Positions 1 to 13,868 of a stretch of DNA of 64,000 bases are shown here, one piece after another. Within the stretch, counting starts at the first letter, position 1. Every line of letters begins with the position of its first letter. Origin of the DNA: Octopus bimaculoides (lineage: Eukaryota); contig NC_068983.1 of NCBI RefSeq assembly GCF_001194135.2, forward strand, positions 14,500,846 through 14,564,845, read 5' to 3'. A program made the position numbers and the translations under genes. A model generated the notes under the pieces. The model was not told where the DNA came from and searched no databases. It saw nothing but the letters and a program-made list of their open reading frames with translations.

Positions 1-56
<56 letters not shown>

Positions 57-585
57 TATAAAGAGAGAGAGAGGGAGAGGGAGAGAGAGAGATAGAGAGA
101 GAGAAGGAGAGAGATAGAGAGAGGGAAAGAAACAGACACTTGCGCGCACACACACGAAAGAAAAGTTCACTCAAAGATATTCTGGTGTTTAAATATTTGT
201 ATAACTCAGTCATAAATCAGATTGTCTGATAGTGCGGAAGATCAAATACTGTATAATGAGGTAGCCACAGCTTGTATAATAATATTTATTATTTTTGATT
301 ACTACAGTTACTAGTTTTGTCCATTTCGTGTAACGTAGTGGAATTGGTATATTCATCTATGACCGGGGAAAGGGAGAGAAATCTTTGATGCAATTTGTAG
401 AATTAATTTCCGTTGCTTTACTGAAGTATTTCAAGGAAATACGATTTAATCAAAATTATTGCGGTTTTTATTAATAACCTGCATCTTAAAATTAACTAGC
501 AAACATTTTCGTTGCTGACAGCCTGTGTGATAGCTTAGTGGGAGACAGTAAATTGATTTGATACACTCTGTGTCTTTTCTCATAG

Positions 586-651
586 CGACAAAGTCGTCAG
601 TTGTGCATAAAGCGGTATCTGAGGAGAGAGAGCTAGTGGGGGTTATACGGG
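586..651 (+). other. Candidate exon (possibly a first or non-coding exon)
   Basis: tgtcttttctcatag acceptor ending at 585 and ggg|gtaagt donor at 652. An Inr-like TCAGTT lies at 597-602. Only one frame is open (TKSSVVHKAVSEERELVGVIR) and no homology is recognised. Confidence 0.2.
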
Positions 652-1269
652 GTAAGTAATTTTCTTGGACATGTTTGTTTGTATCGGACGAAACATAACG
701 GTAGCTTTTACTTTGTTCCTGGGTCTGTAGAAGTGTAAATGTTGAGTTAAAATTTCTCTAGGAGTCATTGGCTGTAATTTCTGTACCATCTCCTGGGTTT
801 TATCAAACAGGACGAGAGTCACCTAACAGACGACTGAATGTCTTTAATTGTACAACTGCTAAATCAATGATAGCCCGACTCTAAAAGGACGATAGAGAAG
901 CGAAAAAAGCAAAAGCACCTACAAGTCCAATTCGCTGACGTTTATAAAAGTTTCCTAGAGTTTCGTCCGAGAATATAGACAACGGTGAAAGCAACTTCAG
1001 GACTTCGCAGAGTTATGTAAATGCAATTTCCACTTATCAATCTTATTCACTTTCACGTGTGTGGTCTGAAGCAACGTGAAACCAAATGGCTTATTTCAAG
1101 GACTCCACGCGTCACTTGGTCTAGGAATCCGATCAACTACAACTTGATAGTAATCACTCCATTACTCGAACTCTATGCGCCTACACAAAAGGCACAACCG
1201 ATAAACTCTATCGCTTTTACGTTAATAAACTTTGACTCAGACATTGATAAATATATTCTTGTATTCTTT

Positions 1270-1500
1270 TATTTCTTTCAGTCATCTGACTGCGACCATG
1301 CTGGAGCATCGCCTTAAGGTGTTTTCGTCGAACGAATCGACCCTAGGACTTACTTTTGAAGTCTAGTACTTGTTCTATCGGTTTTTTTTTTGCTGAACAG
1401 CTAAGTTGCAGGGGGCGTAAACACACCAACACCGGCTGTCAAGCGGTGATGGGGCGAGAACAAACACAGACACAAAGACACACAGAGATACACATACACA
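1270..1500 (-). mobile_element. 3' part of SINE family B/D ending in a (CA)/(TA) microsatellite
   Basis: cagtcatctgactgcgaccatgctggagc...acaccaacaccggctgtcaagcggtg; near-identical blocks at 3232, 16786, 17690, 55022 and 62300. Confidence 0.8.
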
Positions 1501-2605
1501 CACACGCACACACACACACACACACATACATATATATATATATTTAGGTATATAATTATAAAAATACAATTACAATTGAGGGCGCTGGAGTGCAAAAGCC
1601 TATACTCTAGAAGTAGATGTCAAATGTCTACAATCCACGCAAAACTTGTTCTCTATTTTATTAATAATACAAAGTCGAATAGAGAACAAATTTAGAATGG
1701 CTTATAGACATTTGCCATTTACTTTTAGCGTATAGTCGTTAGCACTCCATCGCTCTTAATTATAATTATATTTTTATAGTTATATATTTTAAAATTAATT
1801 TTACCTATATGATGGCTTTTTGAACGCTAGACACTGATATAATCATTTTTAAAATAATAAAAGAATCTTTAAAAAATGAAAAATAAAAAATAAAATATTT
1901 GACCCTGAACTGAAGCATTATTCATACTTTAAAGCTAAATTTAAGGTTTATTTTTACGCTGATATATATACTGAGACTTCAGATCTTTACCGTCGACTGG
2001 CTTTCACTGACACAAGATTCTATAGTCTTACATTGCGTAGATGTTCACTTGTTGGTGAGGCATAATAAATGCAATGTTGGCATAGTTTATAAAGAATTTT
2101 GAAGAAGAAAAAATAGATAATAATAAAACTTTATCGAATGGATTATTTGATGGAATGAATAAGGACAATTTTACATATACGAAAGTTTAATTGAAATATC
2201 CATCTTCAGAAAAAAAAAAAAATCTTCCTCTTCCTCCTTTTGGATCTCGCACTACCCCCTCATACTACCTAATTCTAAATTTCCTAATTCTTTTCACTTC
2301 ATTAACTATCTCACCAGCGAATTATCTCCCTTTCAATCTCAACAACGCGTCCAGTCTTGCCACGTAAAATACGGAAATATGTTTATCCTTCATATTTTAC
2401 TACCTATACTTTCTTTCATTACATGCTCAACCTGGACCTTATCTATGCTTGCTTCTCAATTTTATTGCATTAAACACATGTATATTTCTTTCGCCACATC
2501 ATCCGTTGTTTTATTCTATTTTTATTTATCCTTATTTGTTTTCCTTATCTCCTCTTTTACTTCTTTTTCTTTTCCTTCACTTCCAGTCTCCATTCAGGTT
2601 TTACA

Positions 2606-2674
2606 TCATCATCATCATCATCATCATCTTCTTCTTCTTCTTCTTCTTCTTCTTCTTCTTCTTCTTCTTCTTCT

Positions 2675-2739
<65 letters not shown>

Positions 2740-2870
2740 TTCTTCTTCTTCTTCTTCTTCTTCTTCTTCTTCTTCTTCTTCTTCTTCTTCTTCTTCTTCT
2801 TCTTCTTCTTCTTCTTCTTCTTCTTCTTCTTCTTCTTCTTCTTCTTCTTCTTCTTCTTCTTCTTCTTCTT
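2606..2870. repeat. (CAT)n followed by a long (CTT)n microsatellite
   Basis: Directly visible; it generates the poly-L/F/E/K ORFs in the track. Confidence 0.98.
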
Positions 2871-3231
2871 CCACAGAGTACACTGCTGGCCAGCCCTCCA
2901 AATCCGTGCGGTTCCTGCTTTCAACCATAATATTAGTAATCCCTCGATTATCGCGGGTGTTATCTTCCAACATCCACCCCGCGATAGGTGAAAATCCGCG
3001 AAGTAGAAACGGTACTGTACTATACTGTATTTTTATTATTATTATAATTTGTATTTTTTTAATTATTATTTTTATAATTTGTATATATTTATTTTATTAT
3101 AAATACAAAACAACACCACATAGGAATCGATGTAAGCTTAAACAATTAACCGTGATAGGTGAAGCGCGATAAGCGAACCGTGATATGGCAAGGGATTACA
3201 GTACTCGTAGACTATGTTACCTTTTATCTTC

Positions 3232-3632
3232 TGCTTGCTTCAATCATTTGACAACGGCCATTCTGGGGCACCGCCTTCAAAGGTCTTAGTCGAACAAATC
3301 GACCCCAGTAGTTATTTTTTTAAGACCTTGTACTTATTCTCTCGGTTTCTTTTGGTGAAGCGCCATGGTTCCGGGGACGTTAACAAACCAACACCGATTG
3401 TCACAGCGGTGGTTGTGGAGGAGACAATTACAGACGAAAAGTAACATGCGCGCGCGCGCACATCCACACTCACACACGTGATTCTTTCAGTTTCCGTCTA
3501 CCAAATCCATTTACAAGTCCTTGATCAGCCTGAAGCTATACTAGAAGACATTTTTCCCAAGGTGCTACACAATGGGACTGAACCCAGAACCCTAGGATTA
3601 GGAAGCAATCTTCTTACTACAAAGCCACAGCA
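3232..3632 (-). mobile_element. SINE family B/D (tRNA-like head, body, internal microsatellite, tail)
   Basis: The D block at 3232-3440, short CA repeats, then ttcagtttccgtctaccaaatcc...ccaaggtgctacacaatgggactgaacccagaacc, the reverse complement of the head at 15222. Confidence 0.85.
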
Positions 3633-3648
3633 ATCCTTAACCAATTGT

Positions 3649-4006
3649 TGGCACTCCGTCGCTAACGACGACGAGGGTTCCAGTTGATCCGATCAACAGA
3701 ACAGCCTGCTCGTGAAATTAACGTGCAAGTAGCTGAGCACTCCACAGACAGGTGTACCCTTAACGTAGTTCTCGGGGATATTCAGCGTGACACAGTGTGA
3801 CAAGGCTGACCCTTTGAAATACAGGCACAACAGAAGCAGGAAGTAAGAGTGAGAGAAAGTTGTGGTGAAAGAGTACCCCAGGGTTCGCCACCATCCCCTG
3901 CCGGAACCTCGTGGAGCTTTAGCTGTTTTCGCTCAATAAACACTCACAACGCCCGGTCTGGGAATCGAAACTGCGATCCTATGACCGCGAATCCGCTACC
4001 TTAAAC
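3649..4006 (-). mobile_element. SINE family A (about 380 bp), head truncated by the gap
   Basis: High identity to 29892-30271 and to the reverse complement of 61597-61978. Confidence 0.9.
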
Positions 4007-4720
4007 NNNNNNNNNNNNNNNNNNNNNNNNNNNNNNNNNNNNNNNNNNNNNNNNNNNNNNNNNNNNNNNNNNNNNNNNNNNNNNNNNNNNNNNNNNNNNN
4101 NNNNNNNNNNNNNNNNNNNNNNNNNNNNNNNNNNNNNNNNNNNNNNNNNNNNNNNNNNNNNNNNNNNNNNNNNNNNNNNNNNNNNNNNNNNNNNNNNNNN
4201 NNNNNNNNNNNNNNNNNNNNNNNNNNNNNNNNNNNNNNNNNNNNNNNNNNNNNNNNNNNNNNNNNNNNNNNNNNNNNNNNNNNNNNNNNNNNNNNNNNNN
4301 NNNNNNNNNNNNNNNNNNNNNNNNNNNNNNNNNNNNNNNNNNNNNNNNNNNNNNNNNNNNNNNNNNNNNNNNNNNNNNNNNNNNNNNNNNNNNNNNNNNN
4401 NNNNNNNNNNNNNNNNNNNNNNNNNNNNNNNNNNNNNNNNNNNNNNNNNNNNNNNNNNNNNNNNNNNNNNNNNNNNNNNNNNNNNNNNNNNNNNNNNNNN
4501 NNNNNNNNNNNNNNNNNNNNNNNNNNNNNNNNNNNNNNNNNNNNNNNNNNNNNNNNNNNNNNNNNNNNNNNNNNNNNNNNNNNNNNNNNNNNNNNNNNNN
4601 NNNNNNNNNNNNNNNNNNNNNNNNNNNNNNNNNNNNNNNNNNNNNNNNNNNNNNNNNNNNNNNNNNNNNNNNNNNNNNNNNNNNNNNNNNNNNNNNNNNN
4701 NNNNNNNNNNNNNNNNNNNN
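4007..4720. other. Assembly gap (N run)
   Basis: N run between two SINEs. Other gaps: 6260-6359, 7444-7660, 8503-8723, 10060-10250, 11361-11770, 13227-13729, 15415-15840, 16507-16785, 20828-20880, 24257-24266, 26992-27508, 37554-38473, 41100-41806, 62869-63762. Confidence 1.
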
Positions 4721-4930
4721 TAGCACGCCGGGTGAAATGCTTAGCGCTATTTCGTCTGCCGCTACCTTCTGAGTTCAAATTCGGCCGAGGTCGACTTTGC
4801 CTTTCATCCTTTCGGGGTCGATTAAATAAGTACTAGCTACGCACTGGGGTCGATATAATCGACTTAATCCGTTTGTCTGTCCTTGTTTGTCCCCTCTGTG
4901 TGTAGCCCCTTGTGGGGAGTAAAGAAATAA
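4721..4930 (+). mobile_element. SINE family C (tRNA-derived)
   Basis: tagcacgccgggtgaaatgcttagc...gagttcaaattcggccgaggtcgactttgcctttcatcctttcggggtcg, with a B-box-like GTTCAAAT; many copies in the window. Confidence 0.85.
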
Positions 4931-5880
4931 CACATATACATACGCATATGAATACATTAATCCATATATAAATCTAAGCATTTATATTTATATACACCCA
5001 CTCATACATCCACACATATATACATACTTGAGCTGAAGTAGTTATGAATGATTCTTGTATGAAACGCTGACGTCAGCCGTGAAAATATACGACCATAACA
5101 ATAAAGAAACCATCCATTTTGCAACAAAGAGACTGCATGATATACACACGAACGTACGCGCCCGCACACTCATACATACACACGCGCATAGCACACGAAC
5201 TGACGCATATACATACACGTAGACGACTTCCATAATCGAATTGCCAGCCGCCTAACTGGCAAACCAACCAACCAACACACTTGCGATTTCTCCTCACATT
5301 TGCTGATCTCTATTTGGCTGATTGCCGTACCAGGCAATAGATGGCACCTTTCCTATATCGCTGGATTGGCCACCTTTTCTAATGACCTCACATGTCTAAA
5401 AATATTGTTATGAATGAGAGCCGAAAACGAGCTAGCTTGATTTGGCAACAAACAGAAGCATCATCCATTCTTCATTTCGACATCGTCTGCAAGATTCTTG
5501 CCAAGAAAGTACAGCAGTAATTCTGACTTGTACAGATGTGAAATTTGGAATATGCGATAAATACTTAAACACACCCACCAACCCACCAACTCACTCACAA
5601 ATCCCATATGCATACACATACACACAGACAAACACACACATATACACGTACATTTATACATATAGTTATACGCAAATTCTCGCTCAAATATTTGTCAGTA
5701 CTTATATACCGAATAAGTTTCATTATTCTCACTTCGGGATATTAGTTTCTGTACATCCATCAATTTTCCTTGTATTAAAATCTGTTTACATATGTAAATT
5801 TAACAGTTAGCACCAATTAAATACCGCAGCACTGCATTTATAAATTATAGCTTTCGAGGTAAATGCTTCACACACACACA

Positions 5881-5930
<50 letters not shown>

Positions 5931-6359
5931 CACACACAGAAAGAGAGAGAGAGAGAGAGAGAGGGCGAAGTGATAATAAATAGATTAAATGACTTTTTTA
6001 ATTTAAAATCACTACAATTTGGCTTCCAAGCATTTATAGAGATTTTAAATAAAGTCAGTCGTTCATCCCATTCTCTATCATTTATCTATTTACATAAGCT
6101 CTACAGATACATTGGAATATCTGATTGATATCCTGTAGCGAGAGCGTTTCTGCTGTATGAGGACATCAGGTAGCCAGTAACTGTGGACAAGCTTCGATAG
6201 CAAACACGACGGCTTGTGTGTTTTCTCGTCTACGTTTTGTTTGCAATGTCCTGTACCCANNNNNNNNNNNNNNNNNNNNNNNNNNNNNNNNNNNNNNNNN
6301 NNNNNNNNNNNNNNNNNNNNNNNNNNNNNNNNNNNNNNNNNNNNNNNNNNNNNNNNNNN

Positions 6360-6400
<41 letters not shown>

Positions 6401-7932
6401 TGAAATATAGATAGACAGATAGATAGATAGATAGATAGATAGAAAGATGATCACAGTGCTCGTTAGAATCAAGGCATAACAACAAGTAGGGTGCCGGGAC
6501 TGGCTGGGTTCTTTACTGAGTTCAGAGTAAGGTAAAACAACCAATGTTCGAGAATTGTTCGTAGTATTCTGCAGATATGTATATATTCACACACACACAC
6601 GTACACAGACGCACATACACATACATAAACAATCTCGAGCACGCGCACACGCGCGCAAGCAACCACACACATACGCACGCACACATACATAGGCACAAAA
6701 ACCGATATAAACCGTACATAGATAGATAGAAAAATAGATAGAAGCTCAGTACATGATTTCACTGGTATATCTTTTGGTTGATCGACGGTACGACAGACGA
6801 AAGAAAAAGTCGATCTTCGCAGTATATTGAACCCAGAAGATAAAGTGCCGTAACTTAATTCTCAAAAAGATTTCTTTTTTTTTTTGCAATCGACCAGCCT
6901 TCAATATCTTTGTATCTCATTAATATCTATGACTAGGGTCTGCTTCAAACGCCAAGAAACAACATCAAACTGAATGAAAAATACCGGTTGCACTTTCCAT
7001 CTCAGTGCTCTGTTAACCGTTATAAATTCTAGCACATTAAAATTATTGGTTTGTCATAGAAAATACAAAGATTCTTACAAGCAAAGGCAGCTGTACAACC
7101 GTAAACTAAATATATGGATCAGAAATCAAACGAATGATTTTTTTTTTTCTTTTTCAATACAAATTTATCGAACGTTCAGCTTTTATTTTTTATATTTAGT
7201 ATTATTATCTTTATTGTTGTTGTTGTTGTTGTTGTTATTATTATTATTATTATTATTATTGTTGTTGTTGTTGTTGTTGTTGTTGTAAAGCCTCTCTTTT
7301 GATTTATTGATTTCTGTAGGTCAAATTTCCGCTCTCGGCCTCATAAAATATTCTATTTGAGAACGACATAGCGATAGTATTGAAATATAAAATTTCATGT
7401 CTGCATATGTGTTCCTCACACACACACACACACACACACACACNNNNNNNNNNNNNNNNNNNNNNNNNNNNNNNNNNNNNNNNNNNNNNNNNNNNNNNNN
7501 NNNNNNNNNNNNNNNNNNNNNNNNNNNNNNNNNNNNNNNNNNNNNNNNNNNNNNNNNNNNNNNNNNNNNNNNNNNNNNNNNNNNNNNNNNNNNNNNNNNN
7601 NNNNNNNNNNNNNNNNNNNNNNNNNNNNNNNNNNNNNNNNNNNNNNNNNNNNNNNNNNNNTATATATAAATTTGCGTGTTTGTGTGCTTGCGTATTTGTC
7701 TGTTTGAACGCATATATGCACCAAATATCTACGTATGTGTGTAAATGAATGAGTGTGTGCGTATTCTGAATGGCTTCCGTCATGGCATACACACTTTCGG
7801 TGCTTTCTGTTTAATACACAAAATTTTATGGCGTAGTTCCTTGAATCTCCGTGACTTTTAAATATATTAATTCCATCGTCGTCGTTGTTGTCGTTATCAT
7901 CAACTTTATTGCTTTTACTTTTTTTATTTAAG

Positions 7933-7990
7933 CACCTTCCACCCGTGTTAGCTCGCAGGGAGCAGACGCCAGATGAAAACTGTAACAGCC
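7933..7990 (+). other. Candidate exon
   Basis: T-rich acceptor ttttatttaag and gcc|gtaagt donor. The 58-nt segment is GC-richer than its flanks and reads HLPPVLARREQTPDENCNS, or ATG-MKTVTA. No homology recognised. Confidence 0.2.
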
Positions 7991-9011
7991 GTAAGTACCC
8001 TGATTTCTGCTTAATGTGTTTTATATGTTATATATATTTCCAAAAGAAAGTGTGAGACATTTGGTTGCTCTTGCTATTTAATTGAATGCATATGTACCCG
8101 ATTATTCACGGAATCGAAATTAGCTTGTTCTATATCTCGGACGCCAAGAATGGCATAATGTTAAACAGTGAGGCAAGTTGCAACAAGAAATCTATTTCGA
8201 TGCTTCATAATATTGTGCCCAGATAAAACCATGTGAAGATCAAAGGTTAGAAACAAAATAGTAATAGAGTCAGTGTTTATATTCCAATGTCATTTGGGGT
8301 ATTGAGCTCTTAATTGTCAGGTCGTGGGCTCAATTTTCGGAGGAGGAAACGCAAGAAATTTCACTTCACAAAATGCTTTGTGTAATACAGAAAGCATCGA
8401 ATATTTGTGTACCACAGTGAAAGTTATTCAGAATAGGCACATGCACACACATATATATGGATTATCAATATGATATATTTAATATATATATATATATATA
8501 TANNNNNNNNNNNNNNNNNNNNNNNNNNNNNNNNNNNNNNNNNNNNNNNNNNNNNNNNNNNNNNNNNNNNNNNNNNNNNNNNNNNNNNNNNNNNNNNNNN
8601 NNNNNNNNNNNNNNNNNNNNNNNNNNNNNNNNNNNNNNNNNNNNNNNNNNNNNNNNNNNNNNNNNNNNNNNNNNNNNNNNNNNNNNNNNNNNNNNNNNNN
8701 NNNNNNNNNNNNNNNNNNNNNNNATATATATATATATATATATATATATAAGTATACATATATATAATGTGAGCGTGTGTATGTATATATGCGTTTTTAA
8801 AAGCTGCAATGTTGCTGTACTCCGCCCAGTATGGACATCAAAGATAGTCAAAGCGAAATTATTCCGGAAGTGAAAGGCAGAAATAAATATCGATACTACA
8901 AATGTCTTTTGCGTGTGCGATCCATATGCTCACCAGGAAAGAAATTTAACTCCATTTGTATATTTACCTCTAGTTGAAGGAGTTAAGTCGTTCCGGTGGT
9001 GGATGAGTGTG

Positions 9012-9064
9012 TGCCACTGAGGAGCACAAATGAACGCGAAATATCGATATGTGTCGTTCACACT
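9012..9064 (+). ncRNA. Degenerate type I hammerhead-like motif
   Basis: CTGAGGA (9017-9023)-GC...GC-GAAA (9038-9041), then palindrome ATATCGATAT. The cleavage-site base is G and stem II is weak, so it is probably inactive. Confidence 0.35.
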
Positions 9065-10027
9065 TCCGAAATAATTTCGTTTGCCCTAGCTTTGATGTAA
9101 AATTGGGTTTTTACACTCAATACGTTTTTAAAGCGGTTTGCTTGGATGAAGTACTGCAACATCACAACATTTAACGATGCACATACATTATGTCATTGAG
9201 AATATTATGTTATACTGATAATATTTAAGCTGCTTCAAACGCATGAATTTTTTGAATTTTTAAAAATATATTCACTCTGGGAAGGCGTGTTGCGTAATTT
9301 TTTTTGCAAACTTTCAACTTAAATTCTATAATGCCGCATCATTGTAATATTCTGCTATTTTTCCCAATGCAACAGCAGGAGAACCTGCGGCGGCAACACC
9401 AGCAGCAGCAGCAGCAGCAGCAGTGGTAGTAGTATTAGTAGTAGTAAAAGTAGTAATCGTAGCAATAGTAATAGTATTAGTAGTTACTCTGGTTTACTGC
9501 CAAATCACCATTGGCAGAATTTCTGCGGTCTTACGTTCAAAGATGTTCCAGCTATGATCATCCTGGTTATATTATTTTGGTGTAATACGTCTAAGACATC
9601 ATTGTAGAGGGAATCATTATGACACAATTCTCAATAAGGCTCCTCTACCTTTTAAATTACTGAAGCGATTTCAGAAGCATTGTGGGAAGTTTATCATTAA
9701 AATTGATTCCGAAAGCATACACCCCATATATTTTATTCATTAAAAAAAAAAAAAAATTCAAATACTACATATCTAAGACTACATCATTCAATGCAGCTGT
9801 ATTTATTTGTTTTTGTAAAATCGTTTGATTTCGAGGGAGTTTCTCTATTATTTTATGCAAGTTCTGCGACGACTAATTCTCAATACCATTCTCTGTTACC
9901 AGGAGACAATGGAAGGATTGCACGAGGATGTACGCTCAACTGGAGACGGGCTAGCATGCATGTATGTGTGTGCGTATGTGTGACCGTGTGCATCTCTATG
10001 TGTCTGTCTGTCTGTCTCTCTTTCTAC

Positions 10028-10059
<32 letters not shown>

Positions 10060-10250
10060 NNNNNNNNNNNNNNNNNNNNNNNNNNNNNNNNNNNNNNNNN
10101 NNNNNNNNNNNNNNNNNNNNNNNNNNNNNNNNNNNNNNNNNNNNNNNNNNNNNNNNNNNNNNNNNNNNNNNNNNNNNNNNNNNNNNNNNNNNNNNNNNNN
10201 NNNNNNNNNNNNNNNNNNNNNNNNNNNNNNNNNNNNNNNNNNNNNNNNNN

Positions 10251-10281
<31 letters not shown>

Positions 10282-10309
10282 GGAATTTACTAACAAAAAA
10301 ACCAAAGAA

Positions 10310-10445
10310 CGAAAGAAGAAGACACGTATGTAAACAACAAACAGGTGCATTAGTTTAATGTTCGGGAAGGTGAGAAAGTCTTTTACATTTCGAGCCTACG
10401 CTCTTCAACAGAAAGGAACAGGAGAAAATAAACAGAGCGGTAAAT
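10310..10445 (-). mobile_element. Repeat module with a variant hammerhead core (Penelope-like terminal-repeat type)
   Basis: Minus strand reads ccttt-CTGTTGA-A-GAGC-gtag-GCTC-GAAA-TGTA-aaaga; a second copy lies at 23190-23330. Confidence 0.55.
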
Positions 10446-10491
10446 CATGGCGATGGTCAGACAGAGGTGGTCAGACAGGAGAGCTTACCCT

Positions 10492-10640
10492 TTTATTTGT
10501 TTCATTGGACTGCAGCCATGCTAGAGCACCATCTTTTAGTCGAATAAATTGACCCCAGGACTTATTCTTTGTAGAAGACACTCGCCGAAGGTGCCACATA
10601 TTGGGACTGAACCTGGAACCATGTGGTTGGTAACACATCC
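10492..10640 (-). mobile_element. Internally deleted SINE B/D copy
   Basis: The D start (cattggactgcagccatgctagagcacc) joins directly to the head segment (agaagacactcgccgaaggtgccacatattgggactgaacc). Confidence 0.75.
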
Positions 10641-11770
10641 ACTCCAATATATATATATATACTTATCTATATTTTATAATAGATCTATATGCGTGCAGAC
10701 ACACAAAAAATGTGTGCGCGCGCGTGCGTGTGTGTGTGTGTGTGTGTGCGTGTGTGTGTGTGTGTGTCCGTCAGTGCATGCGTTCGAGTGTGTCTGTATC
10801 AACTATATACATGATATCCTTTTTAGTAATTAAGCGTTCACGTATATCTATATACACGCACATACAAATATGTGTATACATGAGTACATAGATACATACA
10901 TTCATACATATATACAAATATATATATATATATATATATGCATGTATGTATGTGTGTGTGTGTATATGCGTGTGTGTTTGTGTGTGTGTATACGAAAGCA
11001 TTATGCATGACACTTCATAAGGAAGTCAATATCAGTGATGGGATACGTAGGTGAAGAATATCGTATCATGCATAGTGGAGCAGAAGTTTTTTCTTAATAT
11101 TCAGATATCTACAATACTAAACAGAAAATAAGTTGTGCACTGAAAGACATCAAAAGCGTGAACTTTCCTAACAACCTCTTATGTTCTATTATTAACAGAA
11201 AATACCTATATATACATAGATGTTTACTATACACGCATGTATACACATACGCACATAAATATATGCATATATGTATACCCTTGCATATAGATAGAGATAC
11301 ATATGCATATACACACATACATACATACATATATATATTTGTATATATATATATATATATNNNNNNNNNNNNNNNNNNNNNNNNNNNNNNNNNNNNNNNN
11401 NNNNNNNNNNNNNNNNNNNNNNNNNNNNNNNNNNNNNNNNNNNNNNNNNNNNNNNNNNNNNNNNNNNNNNNNNNNNNNNNNNNNNNNNNNNNNNNNNNNN
11501 NNNNNNNNNNNNNNNNNNNNNNNNNNNNNNNNNNNNNNNNNNNNNNNNNNNNNNNNNNNNNNNNNNNNNNNNNNNNNNNNNNNNNNNNNNNNNNNNNNNN
11601 NNNNNNNNNNNNNNNNNNNNNNNNNNNNNNNNNNNNNNNNNNNNNNNNNNNNNNNNNNNNNNNNNNNNNNNNNNNNNNNNNNNNNNNNNNNNNNNNNNNN
11701 NNNNNNNNNNNNNNNNNNNNNNNNNNNNNNNNNNNNNNNNNNNNNNNNNNNNNNNNNNNNNNNNNNNNNN

Positions 11771-11826
<56 letters not shown>

Positions 11827-13009
11827 AAGAAGAGGAAAAACAAGAAGAAGAAAAACAAGAAGAAGAAAAACAAGAAGAGAGTGAAAGATAGTGGTAAAGG
11901 AAGAGAGAGAGGGGGAGCACGATATAGTTGGAAGGAGATAAGTAAGAAGAAAACAAAACAAAACAAAACATATTACACAAGAATGTGAAACTCATAAACA
12001 ATAATAAAACAAAAAACAACACGCCTATACTATTTATTTAAGATAGTAATCTCTCTGAGAGTTGTTATGTGTATAAAATTTTCTTTCATCTTCGCTACGT
12101 TTCGATGTGCATCCGGAAGTCTTTCTTTAAAATACAAACATTGCACCTGATAATAATTTCAAGCAGATTTTTATCATTTACTCACCATTCTTTTATTCCT
12201 TTCCCTCATTGGCTCTCTCCTTCTCTGGCTCTCTCTCTCTTTTCTCCCTCTCTCTCTCTCTCCTAAACTCACTTCCTCCAACCTAGACATTTTGTTCCAA
12301 CGCTCTCATAATCTCTATTTCTCGAAGCACCAAGAGCAGTCTCTTGATTCCTCTAACATCAAGTATTTTTTTCCTCTTCAGTGCCTTTCTCTCTCTCTTC
12401 TCCTTCCTCCTGCGCGCACGCGACTGTGTGTATTAGCCTGTATGTGTGTATTAGTGTGTATGTGTACGTTTCCGTTATTCCTGTATCTAACCAGACACAC
12501 TCGGACATTCTCTCGACCACTCCTTCTTTCTCTTACACTGTTATTCCCCAGAATGTCAGAGTTCTCTCTTGCTCTTTCTCACTGCCCCTCTCCCTCTCCC
12601 TCTCCCCCTCTCTCTCTCGTTCTCTTTATTCTTTCACCAATATCTCCCAGGCCCCTCTCTCTTTCTCACGCTATCTGACTTCTGCTATATTTCTTTCTCA
12701 TTCACCCCCTCCTAACCCCGAACCCCCACACACTTATTTTATCTTTGTTCTCTTTCAAATACATTGCCGTGTGTTTACGGGTATCTATACCCGTAGCATA
12801 TGCGTATGGATGTATACTTGTGAAAGAATTAGTGAGCTTACAAATGATTCTGTGCGTTTGCGTGCGTTTAAATATAAATATATTTAAACATGATTTCTTT
12901 TATGTGAGCCGACATGTAAATATGTACGCATATGGTACATGATTTTATGTAAATGTGTTGCGGGTGTATATAGAATTATATGTTTGCACGCACACAAACA
13001 CACACACAC

Positions 13010-13064
<55 letters not shown>

Positions 13065-13818
13065 CATATATATATATATATAAAAATATATATAATCTCC
13101 CACACCTACATCCGCAAACACTCGTGTATACATATATAGACGTACACACACGCATGCACACACATACACATGTATAAATAAACATAAATAGATACGTTCA
13201 CTTACATACTCATATTACAATTGGGANNNNNNNNNNNNNNNNNNNNNNNNNNNNNNNNNNNNNNNNNNNNNNNNNNNNNNNNNNNNNNNNNNNNNNNNNN
13301 NNNNNNNNNNNNNNNNNNNNNNNNNNNNNNNNNNNNNNNNNNNNNNNNNNNNNNNNNNNNNNNNNNNNNNNNNNNNNNNNNNNNNNNNNNNNNNNNNNNN
13401 NNNNNNNNNNNNNNNNNNNNNNNNNNNNNNNNNNNNNNNNNNNNNNNNNNNNNNNNNNNNNNNNNNNNNNNNNNNNNNNNNNNNNNNNNNNNNNNNNNNN
13501 NNNNNNNNNNNNNNNNNNNNNNNNNNNNNNNNNNNNNNNNNNNNNNNNNNNNNNNNNNNNNNNNNNNNNNNNNNNNNNNNNNNNNNNNNNNNNNNNNNNN
13601 NNNNNNNNNNNNNNNNNNNNNNNNNNNNNNNNNNNNNNNNNNNNNNNNNNNNNNNNNNNNNNNNNNNNNNNNNNNNNNNNNNNNNNNNNNNNNNNNNNNN
13701 NNNNNNNNNNNNNNNNNNNNNNNNNNNNNCTTTTTCCAATATCTGTAATAAAAAATAAATTAATAACAGCAACAAAAACAACCCCCTCACCAACAACCCC
13801 AACAACAACAACAACAAC

Positions 13819-13868
<50 letters not shown>

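Noticed and set aside
2379-2991. Long poly-L/F/E/K ORFs
   Set aside because: They are translations of the (CAT)n(CTT)n microsatellite.
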